NCBI GenBank assembly: GCA_021650915.1
Contig: CP091279.1
Location: 2,100,001-2,132,000 of the forward strand
Length of the DNA: 32,000 bases
Reading direction: 5' to 3'
DNA from: Candidatus Brocadia sp.
GTDB taxonomy: Bacteria > Planctomycetota > Brocadiia > Brocadiales > Brocadiaceae
The position numbers were made by a program, and so were the translations under genes. The notes below the pieces were generated by a model. That model was not told the DNA's origin. It worked only from the letters and a program-made list of their open reading frames with translations, and made no database searches. This document shows, one piece after another, positions 1 through 6,802 of the stretch (position 1 is the first letter of the stretch; each line of letters opens with the position of its first letter).

Positions 1-504
1 ATCCCTGATATTGCCTTATCGGATAACGTTTGCACTGGCCGATTGACCCTGATCGAGATAGAAACGGTTCATGATTTGTTAACGGTACTTCACGAAAAGC
101 TCAGGGATAAACCATGCGATGCAATTGTGCATGCCATGGCAGTGCTTGATTACACGCCGGAAACGTCCCGGAGCGATAAAATACGTTCCGATGCGGACAA
201 GATGGTAGTCACTTTTGTAAAAACCCCTAAAGTTATAAAATTCATACGAAAGTTGTGGCCTCATGCCTTTTTAATAGGGTTTAAGTTAGAGGTGGGTCTA
301 TCACAAGAAGCGCTTGTTGAGAGGGCATATACCTCTCTGCAGGAAAATGGAGCGGACTTGGTGGTTGCCAATAATCAGGATGAGGTTGCACGGGACAAAC
401 ACCAGGCCTATCTGGTAAATACACAGAAGCAAATTGTATCTTATTGTAAAACCAAACAAGACATCGCAAAAGCCCTCGTAACGGCAATCTCCAACTACTT
501 GTAG
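1..504 (+). CDS. coaB: Phosphopantothenate--cysteine ligase (CoaB/DFP domain), C-terminal part; 5' end lies outside the window
   Basis: Frame 1 is open from base 1 to TAG at 502-504. The translation (..AIVHAMAVLDYTP..KIR..LIGFKLE..GADLVVANN..) matches the C-terminal half of the DFP/CoaB fold by recall. Confidence 0.55.
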   Translation: MPDIALSDNVCTGRLTLIEIETVHDLLTVLHEKLRDKPCDAIVHAMAVLDYTPETSRSDKIRSDADKMVVTFVKTPKVIKFIRKLWPHAFLIGFKLEVGLSQEALVERAYTSLQENGADLVVANNQDEVARDKHQAYLVNTQKQIVSYCKTKQDIAKALVTAISNYL

Positions 505-651
505 CCAGGAAAAGGCGCTTTCCCGATAGACGCTAGCACGGACAGCTCTGCCCAACGAAAAACATCCTTCCGGATTGAGGATGGATTACGAGGTACTGCA
601 AGGGGGCCAGGCCGCTATAATCCTTATCGAACAGATGGTTTTAAAGAAATC

Positions 652-728
652 GTAACACTTTAGTTCTTTGAAAAATTAACAAGCGATTTTGCAAGCAAAC
701 CCAGAAGTCGTTTTCACCATAAGGGCAT
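652..728. repeat. Terminal inverted repeat (left copy) of the IS66-type element
   Basis: By-eye alignment to the reverse complement of 3044-3116. The same first ~27 nt recur at both ends of the MITE at 26865-27015. Confidence 0.9.
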
Positions 729-1758
729 TTTTTGCGCTTGCCAGAAGATTTTCCACTGGATTGATTCTTTGTAATTCAGCAGAACGAAGCAGAGACATGA
801 GGATGGCCTGTGTCTTAGCGCCATCCTCAGAGCGGTTCTGCTGTGAGACCTTTCTGGTCAATACTGGCTTTCGCATCTGTTGCTCAGCATGGTTATTATA
901 GGGACTGACATCCTCATGTTCCAGGAACGTAAAGAGTTCCTTCGTCTGGCCATGATACCGATAGGTATTGCCCCGTTTTGCACTGCCTTTGGTTTTTCCT
1001 ACACGGAGCCAATTAGCTGCCTGATAGCAAGTGCCTTGAAATCGCGCGGTATCAACAAAGGTCTCCGCCAAATACACGGGATGTCCGTAGACAGCTTCCC
1101 AGTCATTTGACAAACGCTTGAGGGCAAGGGATAATACCTTGGATGCAAGGTGTTTGACCGTAACCCAGGGGGGAATGAGGAATCGCACGTTACTGGCAAT
1201 TAAATGCAAGCGGGTACGTTTGGTGGTCTCATCCCATCCGATGAAACGGTCACGGTCTTTGACCTTCCATGCTGCGCTTGCCCATCCAAGACAGGCAACG
1301 ACCTGATTGCCGATATGTACGATGTGCCTGATGTGTTCGCCAACAAGCCGGGGACATCCGAGGTAGTGATAGTGATAGAGGAGATAACCCCAGAGGTAAC
1401 TCTCTTGAGGGTCTTTTACCACCTGGATCGTCGGGATTTCATACCCGGTGATAGTGCCTCCCAGTGTGCTTTTGACAAAAAGGGGTATCTGATCAAATAT
1501 CTTAGGTTTCAGATTGTTTTTTGGTCGTATGCGGCCTGGAAGCGCTACCAGGCCCTGTTCTTCCAATCGCAGAAGGAGGTCTCGTGCCGCGTATTCTTTC
1601 AGCTTGCCATTGGGCTGCACCCAGTTCCAACTTTTGCAAAGTTCACGGGAAATATAACTCCGCCCTTTGAGAAAATAACTATCAATGAGCGCCTTGATAA
1701 AGGCTATATCGTCTGTATGCAGTTTCCGTGAACGGTATTGGAATAGTATAGGCTTCAT
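676..1758 (-). CDS. DUF4338-like protein fused to the C-terminal tail of an IS66-type transposase (no DDE core)
   Basis: 360-aa ORF. aa ~120-272 carry YHYLG..IGW..N.RFLI..LAS..DW..YLAETFVD..F.GTCY.A.NW..G.T.G, which I recall as the DUF4338/DruA-type domain. aa ~276-340 (LFTFLEHEDVSPYNNHAEQQMRKPVLTRKVSQQNRSEDGAKTQAILMSLLRSAELQRINP) match the IS66 transposase C-terminal motif (TNN.AER..R....RK.S.G..S..G......SL..T......NP). The ORF end runs into the left IR. Confidence 0.7.
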   Translation of the reverse strand: MKPILFQYRSRKLHTDDIAFIKALIDSYFLKGRSYISRELCKSWNWVQPNGKLKEYAARDLLLRLEEQGLVALPGRIRPKNNLKPKIFDQIPLFVKSTLGGTITGYEIPTIQVVKDPQESYLWGYLLYHYHYLGCPRLVGEHIRHIVHIGNQVVACLGWASAAWKVKDRDRFIGWDETTKRTRLHLIASNVRFLIPPWVTVKHLASKVLSLALKRLSNDWEAVYGHPVYLAETFVDTARFQGTCYQAANWLRVGKTKGSAKRGNTYRYHGQTKELFTFLEHEDVSPYNNHAEQQMRKPVLTRKVSQQNRSEDGAKTQAILMSLLRSAELQRINPVENLLASAKNALMVKTTSGFACKIAC

Positions 1759-1850
1759 AAGCAGGTTCCTTTTCTCTGAAGCCTTTTATACCACAAAGGG
1801 AAAACTGACGCCAGCTTTTTTTGTATCTTATTAATCGTCTCATAATAATA

Positions 1851-3010
1851 TTAACATACTGCAGCATACCTCGTTGTTTTATTATTGAAATAAGCACGCA
1901 CTCTATCCTGTGTTTTTTGGATAAACCGCAAATGCTTTATTACTGCCCTCTGTAATTGCTTTGGATCGGTAATAATTTGTCGACCAATTGCATTATTCTT
2001 AACATCATTCCAAACGCACTCATCAGGATTCAACTCCGGTGAATACGGCGGCAAAAAGAATAACCGAAAGCGTTCCTTTATGGATTCAATAAACTTGGTA
2101 ACACTACGCGCCTTGTGTGCCGGATGGCCATCAACAATCAAAAAGACCGTACGACTGCTACCATGAATCAGTCGCTTGATAAACTTGATAAACTGCCGCG
2201 CTCCGACACACCCTTTCACCACCATAAAGCGAAACTCGCCTTGCGCACTCACCGCCGAGATCATGTTCAGCCCAAAACGTGCACCGGTACTACTCACAAT
2301 AGGAGTCTTCCCTTTCACTCCCCAGGTAGTACCTGCATGATGATCTGATCGAACTCCTGCTTCATCACCAAAAAATATCTGTGCCTTCATCTCCTGTGCC
2401 ATCTTTTTGATCCTGGGATACTCCTCATTCAACCACTGTTGGACTTTTTCAGGCCTTTGTTGGTAAGCACGCCATAGAGGACGTTGCGGTGTTAGTCCCA
2501 TTCGGGCTAACAGACGGCATACGGATGCCTTGCTCAGTTTTACACCAAAACGCTTATAGATCAACTCCCCTATCATTTTTGATGTCCACAACGCAAAGGT
2601 AAATTTCAGCTGGAGAGGGTTTTTATCGACTATCGTCTTGTATATCCATTGCAGTGCCTTGGCATTATTAAGGGTCTCATAATTGTATTGATTCGTCGTA
2701 TGCTTTCCTTCTCCAATATTGAAGCGCTAAACGGACAGCTTAATGTGTGTTCTATTATGAGACGATTAATAAGCCTGGGTTGGCGTCCTCCCCGTTTACG
2801 GGCATCCAAGGCTCCCCATCCACCACGGTTATACCGCGCCAACCAACCGTACATGGTTACACGGTTTATACCTATGGCTTTTGCCACTATCTCGGGACTT
2901 TGTCCTTCTTGCACACTATTTACCGCACGCTTTCTCAACTCGGTAAGCGTTTTGTGATCTAACCGTCTGGCATCACTCTTTTTCATAAATACATGATACC
3001 ATATTGGCAT
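1851..3010 (-). pseudogene. IS630-family (Tc1/mariner-type DDE) transposase, split by a MITE insertion
   Basis: ORFs 2630-3010 (HTH N-terminus) and 1851-2591 (DDE core, ..FLPPYSPELNPDECVW..). Deleting 2671-2768 (MITE plus one TA) restores one frame: ..[42 protein letters not shown].. Confidence 0.85.
2671..2766. mobile_element. 96-bp MITE derived from the IS630 ends, inserted at a TA inside the IS630 transposase gene
   Basis: Termini AGGGTCTCATAATTGTATTGA (2671-) and the reverse complement of the right end, ATCGTCTCATAATAG (-2766), match the IS630 IRs. TA lies at 2669-2670 and 2767-2768. Confidence 0.8.
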
Positions 3011-3043
3011 TACTATGTCAATACTATTATGAGACGGTTAATA

Positions 3044-3116
3044 ATGCCCTGATGGTTAAAACGCCTTCTGGGTTTGCTTATAAAATCGCTTATTAATTTT
3101 TTAAAGAACTAAAGTG
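3044..3116. repeat. Terminal inverted repeat (right copy) of the IS66-type element, 4 bp short of the GTAA terminus
   Basis: Its reverse complement (cactttagttctttaaaaaattaataagcgattttataagcaaacccagaag..) aligns to 656-728. Confidence 0.9.
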
Positions 3117-4432
3117 GGTTCTTCTCCCAATTAGTCAATAAGAATTGAGAAGAAAGTCCTTTAAATCATTGAAAAGAGTGGACATTTGGTGTTTCCTATA
3201 GATAGATATATACCGTTATAGAAACTATTTACAGGAGACCAGCAATGTCCCCATTAAGTATATTACCATATTTTCCTTTTCAGCGGGTAAGAATTACGAA
3301 GCAAACTGTTTTTCCTGATGCTGAGATATCTCAGCTTACTGCCGTGCCCGATGAACGATTTCGTCCAATATGTCATGCGTGTGGCAGCAAAGCACAGCGC
3401 ATTTACCGTCATGACAAACGATCTTTGCGGGATCTGAATCCTGGTTCAGTTCGCGTACGGATAAATTGTTCGTATCGTAAGATTGCCTGTGAGCCATGCA
3501 ATCGAATCGTAGTTGAAGACTTGGGTTTTTTTCAACCCTACAGTCGTGTTACGCATCGTTTAGCAGCGTATATTCACGAATTGTGTAAAGTGTTAACCGT
3601 AACCGAAGTTGCAAAACATTTTGGAATTAACTGGAAAACCGTAAAAACCATCGACAAGTTTTTTCTGGAACGACAATACGCGCAGACAGATTATCAGAAT
3701 CTTCGCATACTGGCGGTAGACGAAATCTCTGTTAAGAAGGGACAGCGCTATTTGACCGTTGTTCTGGACTATCTGAGTGGCCGCGTAGTCTGGGTGGGAA
3801 AGGAAAGAACAAAAGAAACCCTGGGAACCTTCTTTGCGGGTATGACAGAGGAACAAAGGCAGGCGCTTGAGGCCATTGCCATGGATATGTGGGATCCTTA
3901 TATTCATGCAGTAAAAAAGCACGTGCCTCATGTTAAGATAGTCTTTGACCTGTTTCATGTGGTTTCAAGTTTTGGTAAAGTTATTGACAAGGTGCGAAAT
4001 GCTGAATACCAAAAAGAGTTCAAAATATCTTTTGTTAAAAAACAAACGAAATATTCGCAGGAAAAAACATCGAGAACATCTCAAACAGCTCTTGTCGCTT
4101 AATGAAACCATAAATACCGTTCTGATTCTTAAAGATAAGCTCAAACATATTTGGACCTATACCTCACGGACGTGGGCGAGAAAAGCCATTGATGAATGGA
4201 GCCTCTTAGCGAAAACGCTCAACTATTCCGTCGTGAATAAATTTGCAAATATGTTTACAAAATACAGCTACGGAATCTTGAATCACTGCGATTATAAAAT
4301 TCATACCAGTAAACTCGAAGGGGTTAATAATAAGATCAAAGTTATCAAAAGAAAAGCTTATGGATTTCATGACGAACGGTACTTTTCATTAAAAATTATA
4401 CAAGCTTTTGCAAACTAATTGGGAGAAGAACC
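3117..4432 (+). mobile_element. ISL3-family insertion sequence (1316 bp) with perfect 18-bp terminal IRs; no target-site duplication
   Basis: GGTTCTTCTCCCAATTAG (3117-3134) is the exact reverse complement of CTAATTGGGAGAAGAACC (4415-4432). The 8-bp flanks ctaaagtg and gatttttt differ. Confidence 0.9.
3245..4418 (+). pseudogene. ISL3-family transposase, frameshifted
   Basis: ORFs 3245-4102 and 3945-4418 together give a zinc-finger N-terminus, HTH and DDE_ISL3-like core (..LAVDEISVKKGQRYLTVVLD.., ..KLEGVNNKIKVIKRKAYGF..). The frames switch at the A5 run 4011-4015 (NAEYQK / KSSKYLLLKN). Confidence 0.9.
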
Positions 4433-4566
4433 GATTTTTTTTATATTGTTCCTGAATTTTTTGGTAGAGTAGAAAAAGAGAGACTTGGTTAAAGAAAAAG
4501 CCCTCCAAATATGGTAAAAAATAGTTTTGATACAAGAAACTAAACCATAAAGAGAAGGAGGGCTAT

Positions 4567-5142
4567 ATGGGAGCAACCCCATGCACAGATGGTATCACAA
4601 TAGAATTTGGTTGTCAAATTCGGGTTGAATTAAAGGACGACAGCCTGGAGTCGATTCTCAAGGCATTTTGCAAGATACTGCCGGAGATATTAAGGGATTT
4701 TATTCAGAAGATCGTGGTTGGTTTTGGTGAGAGTGCGATGGCGCAATCACGGAAGCCATTTTGCTGCGACGAATGTGGGAATGACAAGGAGTTTATCTGG
4801 AAGACGAGGCATGGAAAAGAGACGAAGATACTGACAGTCTTTCAGTGGTTGAGATTAGAGCAGTTGCAGGTGCAGTGCAAGAGGTGCGGTCATAAGATGT
4901 ATATAACGCGAAAGCTTCTGGGGATGGAGCGGATGAAGCGAATACCACCGGAGACGTATCGGAGGCTTGGTCTGGTAGGGTCGTTAACGACCTACCGGGT
5001 GGCGAAGAAAATCGTGTCGATGTTTGGCTGGACCGTAGACAAGATGACGATATGGAAATCGGTACAAAAGACGGCAGCAGAGATAGATTTTCAACTCGAC
5101 GAGAAGGGACTTCCCTGGGAGAAGCAGACGGGACAGGGGTAG
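4567..5142 (+). pseudogene. Transposase N-terminal fragment (zinc-ribbon type; family not assigned, possibly ISLre2/ISKra4-like), truncated at the ISAs1 insertion
   Basis: 191-aa ORF with CCDECG..CKRCGH zinc-ribbon spacing and an HTH-like region; no catalytic domain follows. It ends about where the ISAs1-type IR begins (~5150). Family assignment is weak. Confidence 0.45.
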
Positions 5143-6802
5143 GGATTAAGCAGGGCTACGTCAAGCATAAACGCAAGTACTGACACGTAAAAAAGAAAAG
5201 GAATAAACTGACTTTTTCAAAATGGTTCTTGTATAATAGTTTCATGAACCATGAAGAGACACGAAAAAGCGCAGTACCATCGGGCGGTCTTCACGGCATT
5301 GAAGTAAGACCCATCCGTCGGGAAGAACGAACCCGATGGGACGAACTCATGCGCCAATACCATTATCTTGGGCTTCACTCTCTGATCGGGGAAAGCATCC
5401 GGTATCTGGCGATACACCAGGGACAATGGCTTGCCTTGATCGGATGGTCAGCAGCGGCGCTCAAATGCAAGGTACGAGACCGCTGGATAGGATGGCCTTG
5501 CTTTCTTCAGTACCGGCGGTTGTCTTTTGTTGCCAATAACAGTCGTTTCCTGATCTTCCCTCATGTCCGTATACCCAACCTTGCCTCTTATGTCCTCGCC
5601 CGGAATCTCAAACGATTATCCCAAGACTGGCAAACCATCTATAACCATCCGATCTATCTTGCAGAGACCTTTGTCGATCCGCGCTCTTTCAAGGGCACCT
5701 GTTACAAGGCCCAGGGCTGGGAGTTTCTGGGATATACCCGCGGGTTTGCAAAATGCGCTCACCGGTATTATTCCCACAACCAACCCAAGATGGTCTTTGT
5801 TCGTCCTGTTCTTCCCGATGGGAAAAGAAAACTCTCTGAACCGTATCTCGAAACCCGAAACACCCCAAAGGAGGTAAAACCGATGCGCCTTTCTCTGAAA
5901 GATGCTGAATCACTGAAAGAACGATTATCTCAGATTCCTGATCCCCGTCTATCACGCGGCAAACGACACAGAAAGCTCTCCGTCATGACCCTTTCTCTTT
6001 GCGCCCTTCTGTGTTCTGCCACAAGCTTTGCCGCTATCGCTGAGTGGGCAAAATCATGCAGTCAAAATATGCTCAAACGTCTCGGCTGTCGTCTGAACCC
6101 AAAGACCGGCATCTATGAACCTCCCAGCGAACCTACCATCCGCAGGTTCCTGCAAGACGTTGATGCCGAAGCGGTAGATACGGCCCTCTACGGCTGGCTT
6201 CAGTCCCTTGCCGGAGAAGATACTGCCCTTGCCATTGACGGGAAGACCCTCAAGGGCGCATACCAGGAAAACGGGCAGAAAATTCATCTCCTCTCTGCCT
6301 TTCTCCAGCAAAAAGGCGTCGTTATCGCCCAATGTCCCGTTGACCAGAAAACCAACGAAATCCCAACGCTGAAAACCCTCCTTGACCCCTTAGACATCAA
6401 GGACAAGGTGGTCACTCTCGATGCCCTGCATACCCAAAAAGAGACGGCGCGGTATCTCGTTGAAGACAAGAAAGCCGATTACCTCTTTACCGTAAAAGAC
6501 AACCAACCCACTCTCAGACAACATATCGAAGACCTCCGCCTGGTCTCTTTTCCCCCCTCAGCACAAAACCATCGACAAACATCACGGACGCATTGAAATC
6601 CGCCAGGTCTGGACCAGCGCCGATTTAAACCATTACCTTGCATTCCCCTTGGTTGGACAGGTCTTTTGTATCCACAGAAAATTTACCTACCTCAAATCCC
6701 AAAAAACAACCGAAGAAACGGTCTATGGCATTACCAGCCTTACGCAACAAAAGGCAGACCCTGCCCGCATACTCCGCTTGAACCGGGGACATTGGAGTAT
6801 TG

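Larger units (their letters stand above)
1834..3038 (-). mobile_element. IS630-family insertion sequence with TA target duplication
   Basis: Ends ATCGTCTCATAATAATATTAACATA (1834-) and the reverse complement of the right end, ACCGTCTCATAATAGTATTGACATA (-3038), are inverted repeats. TA flanks both sides (1832-1833, 3039-3040). Native length is ~1109 bp after removing the 96-bp MITE and one TA. Confidence 0.85.
652..3116 (-). mobile_element. IS66-family-like element (GTAA termini, ~75-bp imperfect IRs) carrying a DUF4338-like ORF; interrupted by IS630; right terminus lacks its last 4 bp
   Basis: 652-728 (gtaacactttagttctttgaaaaattaacaagcgattttgcaagcaaacccagaag..) is the reverse complement of 3044-3116 with about 8 mismatches. 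The left end starts GTAA as in IS66-family IRs. The right end stops at ..ctaaagtg (3116), missing ttac, directly against ISL3. Without IS630 the element is ~1.26 kb. Confidence 0.7.

Noticed and set aside
1204-1731. 175-aa plus-strand ORF
   Set aside because: It is antisense to the DUF4338-like ORF and has no motifs. The minus-strand product has a clear paralogue at 5229.
5101-5180. Continuation of the orphan transposase in the -1 frame (GEADGTGVGIKQGYVKHKRKY) as evidence for a DDE first-Asp motif and family assignment
   Set aside because: The match is too short and rests on a vaguely recalled motif. Part of it is probably ISAs1 IR sequence, so it was not used for annotation.
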